Source: Tubiluchus corallicola (taxonomy: Eukaryota; Animalia; Priapulida). Taken from it: a stretch of DNA of 64,000 nt. Every line of letters begins with the position of its first letter. Within the stretch, counting starts at the first letter, position 1. A program made the position numbers and the translations under genes. This document shows, piece after piece, positions 26,301 to 38,144 of this stretch. The DNA lies in contig JAQGDQ010000009.1 in the NCBI GenBank assembly GCA_030141605.1, forward strand, positions 992,001-1,056,000. The letters are read 5' to 3'. The notes below the pieces were generated by a model, which was not told where the DNA came from, searched no databases, and worked only from the letters and a program-made list of their open reading frames with translations.

Positions 26301-29300
26301 ATACTTTACCACTGCTGAACTCAGGCATAGAAAATAACGGAGCTATTCTAGAAACGGAAAAACTTACAGAAAAGTTGATGCACATATCCCCGAGAAGTCC
26401 GGAAAAAAATGAGCTTGCCACAAGAAAAAATGCTGAGAATATTTTACCTGCTGGCTTAGAAGAATTTTACTTAAAAGACAGTAAAGTAGCAAATACAAAT
26501 GTACTTATAATGGATCACGGGGATGATATATGCAATATCCACAGTAGTAAATTTTCTAAGTTGCCTGCTCCTACTCCGCTGACATTTGACAATCTTCATG
26601 GCACTACGCCCTGTTCCGTTTGCAAGAATATGCCACACTCAGCTACTAAACTTAAGGACACGAACTTGCATGTGAAAATTGATACCTGCCCACAGGATGT
26701 AGATGCCGAGATCGCTAGTCAGCTATCATCTTCGAACTTGAGTGAAAATTTTGCTATAAATAATTGCAAACGAGATCGTCTTGAGGACGATGAGAAACCA
26801 ATGATCCTTCAAAAGAAATTCAAAAATTCTCCTATGCCTGTAGAAGAAGATTTAAAGGGCAGTAAGATTGGCAATTTAAAGGGCATCACCTCCGAACCAA
26901 CTGTCTTTTTTGCTGAAACAAGATTGCATGATCCAGGAAACACTCTTGCTACTTTTGACCTTGAAATGTCAGAATGTGAAGCATCTAATAATGCAAAGAT
27001 GTCAATTTACACTTCATTGGCTTCTGGCAGCAAAGACTTTGGGTCGAAAGAAGAATCTCGTTTGTGTTCTTTGGACAGCATGGCAAGCACATCTTATGAT
27101 TGTCAGGATCCCGTGAGGTTAGATCTGGAAATGGAAGAAGCTGATAAAGCTTGGTGCTCATATTTATCTAGGAACAAGTCAGTGGTCGTTGACACATTTC
27201 AGGGTCAGTTTAAAAGCACTGTAAGTAATAGTTATATTTTTTGCATATATTGGACAAATATTATAGATATGAAAGTCTATAAGTACAAATATCTATATAT
27301 GTCTGCATTATATATCTATAATAAATATAGAAAAAACATACAGATTAGTAGTTTGATGTCTAATATTTTTGTGTTTAGGTAATTTGCTCAAAATGTGGTC
27401 ATGTGTCAAAAACTTTTGAACCATTTATGTATCTTTCGCTACCTTTGCCACGTGCAATGGAATATCAAATAGGTAAGATCACTTATGTGATGCTACTTTA
27501 CAGAAATTTGTGTTAAGTTTGCTTAATGAATGATATTTTGTGTGAAAATTATGTGCAAACACTTTCACTTGTTATTATTTGTCATTTACTTTTGACACGT
27601 TTACCAAGTTTTACAGCGGTTGGGATTTTATTTTTTAGAATAGAACAGTTTAGAGAAGACTTACTGAAATTACAAATTGGCTAGCTGATAGTGATTCGAT
27701 ATCTCAGTAGTGGACGGACTGACAAGCAAACAGACAGAAATTCTGAACTTTGGCCCAGACATCTTTTACTATCCCAGCAGTTTTGGAGGAAGCAGGTTTT
27801 GAAACCAAAAAAATGTCAGTTTTGAAAGTTTTTCCACCATTACTAAGCAACTGTGGTTTTCATGACAGCCAATTTTTTTACTGCACAACTGGAACTCAAG
27901 TCCCATGAACTGCAGTTGGAATTGGTTTGGCACTTTCTGAAAAATGGGGTTAACAGACAGATAGACAGGACAGACAGACGAAGACGAAGAGACAGATGAG
28001 AATAAGGGTCGACTAAGTTGAGTTGTCAAACCAGTTGTGTATAATGACAAACAATTACATTGATACTATTACGTTTTTTTGTACAGCTGTGATATTTATA
28101 CGTTGTGATGGGAGCCAGCCAATGAGATATTTGCTGACCCTGCATAGAACTCAGAGTGTGTCTCACTTGAAAGAGGCATTGCTTGAAATCACCGAACAAC
28201 AGTGTGAAATTTATATTGCCGAAGTTGTAGACAATCATGTGTCAAGATTTCTTGTAAGCTGCAAAATATTCTTGCTTATTTTCGTTTTGTCAATTACATA
28301 AAGCAAAGCAGAGCATACATCTTCAGATGTCACAGTGTATCTTGTTCACAAACATAATACATTTTTCTTGTCTATTAATCAAACTTCCTTGCAATGTACA
28401 GCAAGTCCTTGCTTAACGACTCTCCATTTAGTGATGTTTTGTTTTAACGTCGCTGAACACGTGACCCTTTTTTCAGTTAACGATACACTGTTTCATTTTA
28501 ACGACGATTTTTTGCTTTACTTGAATCCAATTATAGTTTATCAAAAACTTTTTTACCTGATTTGCCCATTGTACCTTTTTTACCCATTAAAACAGTACAT
28601 ATTGCATTATTCTATTCTGAAAATGCACTAGTAACATAAACAGTGCAATTCTTAAATAAGTACACATTTTTGCTTTCTGATTGACCACCTAATTCTAGCT
28701 GTTTTTTTATGCAAACTTTATGCAAGATATTTTTCTGTAGCCTGTTGCTATAGTAACCAGATTAGATAAAATTCCCAAGGTCTGGCTTTGACTCTGCTGC
28801 AGTGTTTATTGTTTAACCACTGCCTACACTTAAATTTTAATGAAAGACAACCCGCTAGCTAGGTAAGTAAGATATATAGGTGATTTCAAACAAGTAGAAA
28901 GAAATTAATCAGTAGAAATGTGACTAAAACTCGTATTAAAATGTTTAATTTATATGATTCAAGCAGGATTGATTTTTGCCTCTGGAACGTATCTCTATTT
29001 CTGTTACATTACTTTCTGTGGAAGTCTTGGTTTAATTTAATGGCGTTTCGCTTAGTGTCGCATTTTGTTGGAATGCATTAACGTCATTAAGCGATGACTT
29101 ATTGTATGCCAATATTTTCAAGGAAAATACGTATCTTTTCTGTTACAGTTAAGGGACACAAGCTTTGCAGAATGATTTTTCATGTTGCAATCTTTGACTT
29201 TTATATAGTATTTTACTTGTTATTATGTTTTTTTTGGAATTGAAGTTCTGAAAAAACAATTTTGCTAAAATATTATGATATTTGTCTTACATTTATATTG

Positions 29301-32300
29301 AATTTTTCAATTGTAATTTTGACTACGAGACGAGAACTATCTGTATGTGTTAATGTATGTTCACTTTATTAATTTAATTTTACTCATGCTTACAGGAAGA
29401 AAATCTGCTACTACGTCTGATTAATGATACTAATCACACAGTGTATGCTTTTGAGATACAACTTCCTGTCACTGGACATGGCTTGAATCTTACTACTGCA
29501 TCCACTGAAGATGTGACAATAGCCTGTGGTGGTACACAGGCTGCAGTGGGTCCACCTAGTGGTCAATGGAAGAGTTGTTCGATATGTCTAGAAGAGATGA
29601 TGGATGCTGAATTGTTCGTGCACCCTGAGTGTGGATGCACGCTGTGCCAAGTTTGTATTAATGTAAGCAAAAAATGTGTAATTATTAACGATTTTAATAC
29701 ATCATTTAAATATCAGTACATAAAGGGTTGCTATATCTTGCTAGTACAAAATGAGAACGTATTTTTCCATTTTTTAGATGTCCTACAAACATTATGGAGG
29801 CGATACTATACCATGTCCAGTAAGTATATTGGGAACGTTTTATTTGTAATTAAACCTTTATTTACAATTTATCAATTGATTTTGTGATTTGGCAGTGTAG
29901 CTTAATATGTAGTGTGTCCTGTTCCTACATCTGATTTAATATAACTATATTATTTATTTAATTGGGAAGAAAATTGAATTTGAAGCATATCCCAGAAAAA
30001 GTTATAGGCAAAATTGCATTACTTAGCATTACCTGTATGAAAGACTTATGTAATTGGAACAGAAAATTCTTAATAATTTAAAACATTCATTGGCACCTAG
30101 TATAACAGCACTACATCGCTATTCCAGTCTGCATCACTTATTCTCCAAAAAATGTTTTGTTGATCTTATTGACAATAAAAAGTAATTTCTACTTCTGCTT
30201 AGTTAATGAAGTGTGTCCGACGAATGCTCTGATTATTTTTTCAAAGGTTGGTAATGTTTCAAACGAAGTACTGTTATAATGGCTGCATTTATCTGTCATC
30301 ACAGGAGTTTGAGTTGACAATTTTTATACAGCGTTACTACTAACGCAAGCCCTGTATGCAATAAGAGAGCAAGAGCATGTGAACGATATAAAATTTCAAT
30401 ACAAATTTGTTAAGCTTTACTTATGAAAAGTTTTCATTTGGTTAACTTCATTTGTGCTTTTAGGTATGTAATGAAAATGTTGGTCCTGATGTTTTTATAC
30501 CCATTGAAAGACTGTCGGACTACCAACCAAAGATAAGGTATTTAGTACATTTACATAAAATTGTAGAAGCATGTTTGCCATGTGTATTCAAAACTTATGT
30601 CTTTTGAGGTCAAGATTACACCGATTACCACTACACCAGGACATGGGTTTTAACCATTTTATTTAAGATAATATATATATATATATATAAATGGCAGAGA
30701 AATTTTAGTTGTGCCACCAGTAACGATTTTTAATATGTGGGACATATTACATTTTTAACCACTGAGCATTGTATGTGATGGTATGCCATGTTATACCTGT
30801 TCATCCATTTATGATGGACGATGGCAAAAGTTTTCGTGAAGTCCATTTCAAGTGTGTATCCTTATAAGGCCTAATAGCAGTAAATGATGATTATTGCCAT
30901 CTTTTTGGGTACACACAATCAAAGCCTGTCTGCATTAACAAATAAATAGTTACTATTTATGGTACATCAGATCTTATTCACAGTATGATTGAAAATTGTG
31001 TTCCTGAGGCGGTTTTTCGAAAATATCTAAATTGGGGTTATACATTTTAAAGTTCATTAATTATCGCAAGAAGATTTCCTGTAATGAAATGCAGCACTTG
31101 TGTGTTTTTACAAAATGTAATGTTAAAAAATTCTGTTTTTTTGTCACGGGGTCCTGGTGTACCAGTTTTAACTATCTTGATTTGAAAAAAAGATTCTGAT
31201 CATAAAAAGTTTTATGTTTAAGACAGTTATTTAAAATGGTTTATGTGATTAATCCAGGTGGCTACTTGGATATGGTTGGTTGTACATGAGTTTATGCTGA
31301 CAGTTACATATATACTAATGTGATGTCAAATTTTTGACATTATTATCTGGTCTTATACTGATGTATGATGTATTATGATAAAGGACAGTCCATCATGTAC
31401 TTTTCACAAATGCATTTTGCAGCAACAGTATTTTACATTCCAGGATCTACTGCTTTGCAATGTATAATGAGAAATCTCTCTTACGCTGTACAACTTGTAC
31501 AGCAAATGCTTTTCAATTTTCAGTAAGCCTTTCAAAGTTGCAGTAGGTCAATGTTGTTTGTACTCTTAGCCTGATACCCACCAATCTTGTGAGCAAAATG
31601 GTAGTGTACCAGGCCAACTATGACAATAAAGTGATCACACATGGAAATGCTGTTGAAATTTCAACCGTACAACACATACACGAGTTTTGCATATGGAATT
31701 TAATAATTGTTAGTATCATATAAGCTAATAACTAAATTATTAAATCATTTGATAATAGACATGTAAATCTTATGTCACACTCTTTTCAGAATAGCATATC
31801 TAATCCTTCAACCAGAACACGTCAATAACAACAACAACAGTGGTGCACAAATCAGTTGTTAATGTTGCTGGGCACAGATAACCTTTGACCTTTTCACGAT
31901 CATCCCCAATCCCTGGAATTCTGAAAGGCTTATTGAATAGGAAGTTGCTCTGTGTTTTAACAGTGGGAGTCTATATAAATTAGACATATGTCACTTTTTT
32001 GTTACAACATGTGAATTCCGTTTGTCTGTTTCTCTTGTAAAGCAATTCTGATTATTGTTGAAAGTGATGCCTCATCAGTATTTTTGGGCATCTTAAGTTA
32101 ATTATTTTGATTATCTAAGATAATTAAACATGTTTAAATAGTGGGTTTTACTTGTGGTCGTGCACTGATACAGCATGTATCATTATGTGCCAAATGAGAG
32201 GCTTGAAATTGAAGCTGAAGCAGCATCTAGGATGCTCAGAATTATCTCACTTAGATTTTTCTTTTTTTATCTGCTTTTTCATACTCCATTTGTATCTTCT

Positions 32301-34447
32301 CAATATATTTCAGAACTCTGCCAGTCAGCATAGTCTTTAGGCATTTAGAGAAAGACGGTGAGAAGGCTATGAGATTTGGCCATCCCAGGGTCGCATGCCT
32401 TCCCAGGAGGATCATGCCTCATGTCTTGTACGAGTTTGTACAGAAAATGTTGTATGATGGAGAAAACTATACCATTGCTCTTACAGATGCACAGGTTAGT
32501 TGTTCACTGTTTAATGTTCAATGATATCGCAGCATTGTTGCATGATTGTACATCAAATTTTAATTTTAACCAACTGACTTACTAATCAACTTACTAATCA
32601 AAAAAATAAATAAACAAAGTGTCCACAGTATCAACTCTGTCAGCAGATTGACTATTAACTAATAGACTAAGAGGTTGATTAACTAATTGGCTTGGTTATT
32701 GCCTATGTGGCTGACTTAATTTGTTAATAAACCAATCGATAAGTCAGCCGGCTAGTCAACCAAACAGCTGGTTAACTAACCAACCTGACAAGTGATATGT
32801 TTATATGTGTTAATTCAGCTGTTTAAATATAGAATTGCCCATTTTGGGAAACCTGTACTTCACAACTGGGAGTTCACAGTAAATTTAATACTTTTTTATT
32901 TAGAACATATATTTAAGCTGTCCATTTTTGAGATTTGACACTGATCATCACAGTAAGATAATCACATTACATTCTATTTACACTTGTCAGGGAATGAATT
33001 GTTCGAGGTGCAGCTTCACTCGTCGTTGCTATGGTTGTCCTATTTCACTGGATACCGAGGTTGTATTTATGCCAGGTGATCACATCACAGTCACTTTTTC
33101 TGATCCGTCACCTAGTTTGATTGAAGCAATGTCGAGTTGTGTCAACCATGAATCAGCAGCTGAACATAAATTAGCAAGTCCATTGAATTTAATAGATTGT
33201 TTCAAGGCATTCTCAGAAAGGTAAGAATCGGAACCAATATAGTCGTCTTTATTAGTCTTTATTAAGGCCTGTTTTGACTAGCGTTTTCTTAGAGATGTGA
33301 TTATAGGGGAATTTTTAATGCTCAGTGAGAATTGTGCTGTACATCTCTGTCTATCTCGTTCCAGTGTTTTCACTAACAGTTTTCTCACAGTGATTATTGT
33401 TGCATTTTTAAGGCTCAGTGAAATTAGATATCGCTGTGTTATAGCAATACTTACTTTTTAATTCCTTGGTAGATAAAGTATCCCCTACGTCCATATCTGT
33501 TATTAACACTATTAACGCTGCCTTTTTTTCATCGTTGTTGAAGTAATTTTTATCTTTAATATGCTTCAAACATGGATATTTGTGAAGGCTTTCTGTCATT
33601 TTCTGCTGCCTTATTTTTTCCCGCTCATACGCCTTGTTTCTTATGTGGTATATATCAAATCAGCAATGAATTATGCAAAGAATATGGCTTTGTACTATAC
33701 ACTGTCTATATAAGCATTATTCAATGTGTAGGAATAATGCTACAATAGCCATTTTCACGGGCAGTTTCATTGCAAAACGAGAAAAAACCTCTAACATGCA
33801 AGAGCTTTTCTCGCTGCAATGATAGATGCTTTCACAGATGTTTTTGTGACGATTTGAAAAGCAAATTTGCTTCTCCCTGCGATTAAGGTTTTCACGGGTG
33901 AAGTTATCGTTCTGGCTTGAGATTTTGAGATTTTGAGATTTTTAAGAGCTTTTTCTCGCTGGAGCGATATTTATAGTGATATCGCCAACAGTGATAAAAT
34001 CGCTAGTCAAACGGGCCTTTATATAGTGCGTCTCAAAAGTCACTCGATTTCTAAATTTTTTTAAAACTTTTCCTTCTGTCTTTGTAAGCTTTCACACAAA
34101 TCAATTTTTCGTGTCTGATGTTGCTTAATTATGGAAGGAAGTATTTGAATGAAGTTTTTTAGATATTAGCACATAATTTGTAAAGGTTGGCGACTATGTG
34201 GAAGGGGCAGTTGCTACAGTAACAGTAACAAGTGTAATTTGAGGCCAAAATGAATCAATAAGAACACTTTTAAGTTTAAATTAAAAGTTTAAATTTAACT
34301 ACTGCTGATTGATAGGGCTTGGAAGGCTAGCTGTGTGCTGCAAAAATAGATATATCTTATATAAATGTCTTATCTTCATAGCAGCATGCCTGTTTGTAAA
34401 ATGAAATTGTGAAAATAACAATTTCTGCATATACACACACACGCACG

Positions 34448-34493
<46 letters not shown>

Positions 34494-37400
34494 TACAACT
34501 GGACGCCGCTGCCAAAGTTTTTTGAGTATGGTGCAGTACGTAAGGACAAATTGAAGAGTATTGAGGCACGCAGAAAAAATATTACCTCAAGCAATAATTA
34601 CGTTGTGACTTTGACGAGTATTAGAATGTGGAATAGTTTGCCATTTTTACTAGAAAAGAAATGAGACATCTAACCTTTCTGCTATTAAAATTGTGGAAAA
34701 AATACTGAAATAAAAATGTGTGTCCCTGTAGCTATTTATCCATATAAAACCAATATTTTAAGGTAATAGCTGATTAATTCGGTAGCATAACTATGGAATT
34801 AAGACCATCTACAAGATAACCCAGTTGGCTTCTAGCATTCATGGGTTAAATGTTTGTGACCTATGGATGGCACTACAGTTTTTAAAACCTGGTTTAAGAC
34901 AGTTACAACTTGCTTTTAAGTTTTTCCTTGCTTTTCATGCATTTTTATGCTGACAGATGTATGTGGTAAACATTATTTTGCTTTACTTTGGCATCTTTGA
35001 TGGCTCTTCTTCATGACTATGGGCCCCTCTAATTTACAAGCTGTCTACAACAACTGCAGGACTTGTGAAAGCATACGTGCACGCTGAAGGTGTTTTACCG
35101 AGCAACTAATGGGGAATTTGTTTTTATTTTCTTAGAGAAATTCTGGATGAACACAATCCTTGGTACTGTACTCGTTGTCAAAAGAATCAGCGGGCTGAGA
35201 AGACGATGACTGTTTGGCGATGCCCTCCCACATTAATTGTTTATTTAAAAAGGTGACTAATTATATCAAATAGTTTACTTGTTTTTAAAAGTAATACACG
35301 TGGTCGATATGTTAATATAACTTTTTTATAATTAAATCTTCGTGCCTTGGAATTTTTTTATCTATAGGGAAACTTTAAATTTTCAAAATTACTGTTGTTC
35401 ATGTTATAACATTACAATATGTACACTTGTCTTTTATTACTTACTAGTTGAAACAATTCCTTGTTTAAAAGGTATTATTTATTGTGGTGTGCTTTTTGTC
35501 ACCACTTTCTCTTTACATTACACCATTTGCACCAGTTACACACTTTTTTACTTCAGCAGAATTAATCTCTTGCATGTTACAGATTTGTCTTTCACGAGCA
35601 TACAAGTTTAAAGTTGGACAACAGAGTCGTCTTTCCACTTGACCACTTTGACCTTTCTCAGCTAATTTCTGGTCCATTTGAAGACAATTTAAGCTATGAC
35701 CTGCACAGCTGTGTTTGTCATTTTGGAGGTAAACCATCACTCAGAGTAATCTTTAGAGTGAAGCTAAACCATCGCTATAATATAAGCTTTTACAACCTAA
35801 AATCCTACTCTGATTAGTATTGTTTAATTTCTTTTATGATAAACTTACGTTAGAATGTGCTTTGTTCAAGCTTTTATCACTTACTTGGTTACAGCCTTTA
35901 ATTTGAAGATCCACCATTTCATTTTCATTGCTTGAGACGAATGACGTAATTAATACTATCACGTGATCATACCTTTTCTATTCGCATGAGTAGAGCAGGG
36001 TACAGCAAGGTATAACCCTAGGTTGCCCTTCTAAAGTGATTGTTTCTGGATGGTGTGATCATGTGTTGCATTTGTCATTGTTGTCTGTGTTGGTTTTGTA
36101 AATGGCTACATTTGTGTTTGTGTGTGTCTTTCTCATGCACATTTGGTGGCTTCATCTAGCCTAAAAGTATGTCATGTATTACGTACGTCATTCTCACTCA
36201 CTCGCACCATTGACTGGAAAAATGGCAATCTTTATGGCAATGCAGGCATTCTAAATTTGCCATGAAGGGTAAGCTATTCAGTTTATTAATTTCCTATACG
36301 TAAAATTAACTGCAGTAGGAACCGCTTAATGAACTCACTTTGGGACGGAAGTGTTTTGACCCAATTAGCTGACTGAACTTATTAACCAATGGATATAGTA
36401 TTACTGGTATAGAAGTATGTGTCACCAGCTTACTATGCACTGCAAAGCTTTTTAATGAATTTTAGAAACAAAGTAATGCCTAAATTCCTTTGTGCAGTTA
36501 AAAATTAGAAAAACACATTTTAAAATATTAATTTATACAAGCAAATTAGCAATAAATTAAAAAAATATACTTTTCCAAATCGCACAAGTCTGTTTATTTG
36601 CAAAAACTACAAAAATTCCTTCAAAGTCACCTGCTTCATTTTATCGCGAAGAAGTTGGCTCACAAAGTTCTCATAATGATAAAAACGTTGAAAATCTGTT
36701 GTTGTATGATGCACAAATTTTCGTAAACTACTTAGCGCTTTTTGCCCGTGTTTCCCCGCAAGTAGCTTCATCTGTAGTTTCATCTAAGCTCCTGCTTGCT
36801 ATCGTGATTTACTGTACTGTACCTGTACCTGTGTCCCTAGCATAACAGCAGCAACTAACTGATTAAGCTTTCTGGCAAAGCTTTCTGGTATGATAAACGT
36901 TCCTGCTTACAAACAAAACGGTGCTTAACGCGATTGTTTCTACGTATATTATAGGACAAAAGCGAACTAAGATGATATTAAAGTCATAAAATCTTATTGG
37001 TCACACGAAAGCATATGAAGCATGTGAAGCAAAAATATTGAGTCAATCATGCGGAGTTATTTGAGTACCGACAGTTTTTATGTACATTTGAGTAGAAGTG
37101 GCCCGTACCAGGCATTTTTGTGTCAATTAAGCGATTGAGTCTATTTAACGTGAGTCTGTTAAGAGGCGCCTACCGTATAAATTATTTATGTAAACATGAT
37201 AATACGTTAAAAACTTCAACATGTGCTGGAGTGTTATAGGCCTTTAAGTCATCACTAAATCAGGATAACCTGTTTGACTGTTAATTGTCTTATTTTGCAG
37301 TCATTCAGTAATTACACACTGTCGCATATAAATTATGTAGAACTTTCAGAGTTAATTAGCATTTTTTCTATTTAGGTCCAAATGCAGGGCACTACACAGC

Positions 37401-38144
37401 TTACGCAAAACATTTACTAATGGACAAATGGTATTATTACAATGATGAAAGAGTTGTCTTGCAAACACCCATTGATGATGACTATAGCAATGCATATATT
37501 CTCTTCTACCAAAGATCAGGTTTAAAACTGTTTGTCTGCTACCCTTTCTTTCATCACAAAAAAAACAAACCTTGAGAACTAAATATATTTTTTCATTATA
37601 ATGCATGAGAAACTTATACTAAATTTGATGCTGCTTTGCTGATTATGACACAAGCTGTCGTATTTTAACAGGTTCTGAACGGGAGTTTGTTCTTCCGGAA
37701 AACATCTCTAATTTTCAAGATGATGTCACCTACTCGTCGCTGGTGCCATTTCCCACTCAACCAATCTCTCACACTATTGACAGACTATTACAAGATCTGG
37801 CAGAACACCACTGCGATGAGATGTCCAAGGATGCAGAAGAGGAAGGCAGTTCATCAGCAGGTGGTCCTGCTCCGGACCTTTGGAGCACTAACACTGCGTT
37901 TGCAAATGGGGATGTTATAAATAATCACCAGAGAAATGACTTGCTAGTGCACAAAAATTCAGCTTTTCCTGACAAGGAAAATTCTCCGAGTTTAGAAACA
38001 CTTTTATCGAAGGAGACTTGTATGCCAAATAAAGGAAATACAGGTATGCCAGCATTTCGACAAGATGTTGTCGCAGCTACACTACCACTTTGCTACCCTA
38101 GAAATGATTTGAGCAGTGATGAAACAGACTATGATACATTGTAA
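23321..38144 (+). CDS. Ubiquitin carboxyl-terminal hydrolase (USP/peptidase C19, USP4/11/15/32-like clade) with an inserted RING-type finger; 16 coding exons, about 1215 aa
   Basis: Phase-consistent join 23321-23368, 23816-23975, 24697-24852, 25648-25763, 25988-27220, 27379-27472, 28087-28253, 29396-29662, 29778-29819, 30464-30537, 32314-32494, 32991-33220, 35136-35252, 35583-35728, 37376-37519, 37672-38144 (3648 nt). Motifs [72 protein letters not shown]. Confidence 0.93.
23816..23975 (+). CDS. USP coding exon 2 (RSSAVGG...DSIGQT)
   Basis: Acceptor ttgttttag, open frame, donor CAG|GTGCAG; bridges phase 0 to phase 1 as required by its neighbours. Confidence 0.6.
24697..24852 (+). CDS. USP exon 3, Cys box
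   Basis: [21 protein letters not shown]; ttttctag acceptor, G|GTATGA donor. Confidence 0.95.
25648..25763 (+). CDS. USP exon 4 (ends at a GC donor)
   Basis: VWSGKY..SPSEFK..FPQFTGFRQ; donor CAG|GCAAGT. Confidence 0.9.
25988..27220 (+). CDS. USP exon 5 (QHD box plus long insertion)
   Basis: HDSQEFLALLLDSLHEELN ... SVVVDTFQGQFKST; atttcag acceptor, GTAAGT donor. Confidence 0.95.
27379..27472 (+). CDS. USP exon 6
   Basis: [24 protein letters not shown]; canonical splice sites. Confidence 0.93.
28087..28253 (+). CDS. USP exon 7 (ubiquitin-like insert region)
   Basis: VIFIRCDGSQPMRY...IYIAEV, similar to the USP4/15/32 insert; canonical splice sites. Confidence 0.88.
28399..29104. mobile_element. 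Tc1/mariner (Tigger/pogo-like) MITE in a USP intron
   Basis: TIRs CAGCAAGTCCTTGCTTAACGAC / GTCATTAAGCGATGACTTATTG with TA on both flanks. Confidence 0.8.
29396..29662 (+). CDS. USP exon 8 (N-terminal part of RING-type finger)
   Basis: ..VYAFE..CSICLEEMMDAELFVHPECGCTLCQVCIN; phase 0-0. Confidence 0.88.
29778..29819 (+). CDS. USP exon 9 (MSYKHYGGDTIPCP)
   Basis: 42-nt exon, ttttttag acceptor and GTAAGT donor, phase 0-0. Confidence 0.85.
30464..30537 (+). CDS. USP exon 10 (VCNENV...PKIR)
   Basis: Completes CPVC; tgcttttag acceptor, AG|GTATTT donor. Confidence 0.82.
32314..32494 (+). CDS. USP exon 11
   Basis: ..RFGHPRVACLP..LYEFVQKML; phase 2 to 0. Confidence 0.85.
32991..33220 (+). CDS. USP exon 12
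   Basis: GMNCSRCSFTRRCYGC...LNLIDCFKAFSER; GTAAGA donor. Confidence 0.9.
33265..34018. mobile_element. PIF/Harbinger-type MITE in a USP intron
   Basis: TIRs AGGCCTGTTTTGACTAGCG / CGCTAGTCAAACGGGCCT with a TTA duplication (33262-33264, 34019-34021). Confidence 0.82.
34433..34491. repeat. (CA)n microsatellite
   Basis: Seen directly. Confidence 0.97.
35136..35252 (+). CDS. USP exon 13
   Basis: EILDEHNPWYCTRCQK..VWRCPPTLIVYLKR. Confidence 0.93.
35583..35728 (+). CDS. USP exon 14
   Basis: FVFH..KLDNRVVFPL..YDLHSCVCHFG. Confidence 0.93.
36313..37175. mobile_element. Tigger/pogo-like MITE in a USP intron
   Basis: TIRs CAGTAGGAACCGCTTAAT / GTTAAGAGGCGCCTACCG; TA on the right flank, TG on the left. 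Confidence 0.7.
37376..37519 (+). CDS. USP exon 15, His box
   Basis: GPNAGHYTAYAKH..WYYYNDE..AYILFYQR. Confidence 0.95.
37672..38144 (+). CDS. USP terminal exon (C-terminal tail)
   Basis: ttttaacag acceptor, phase-1 frame open to TAA at 38142-38144. Confidence 0.85.

Noticed and set aside
25877-27382. 501-aa single-exon ORF from the track
   Set aside because: It is USP exon 5 plus read-through into the flanking introns.
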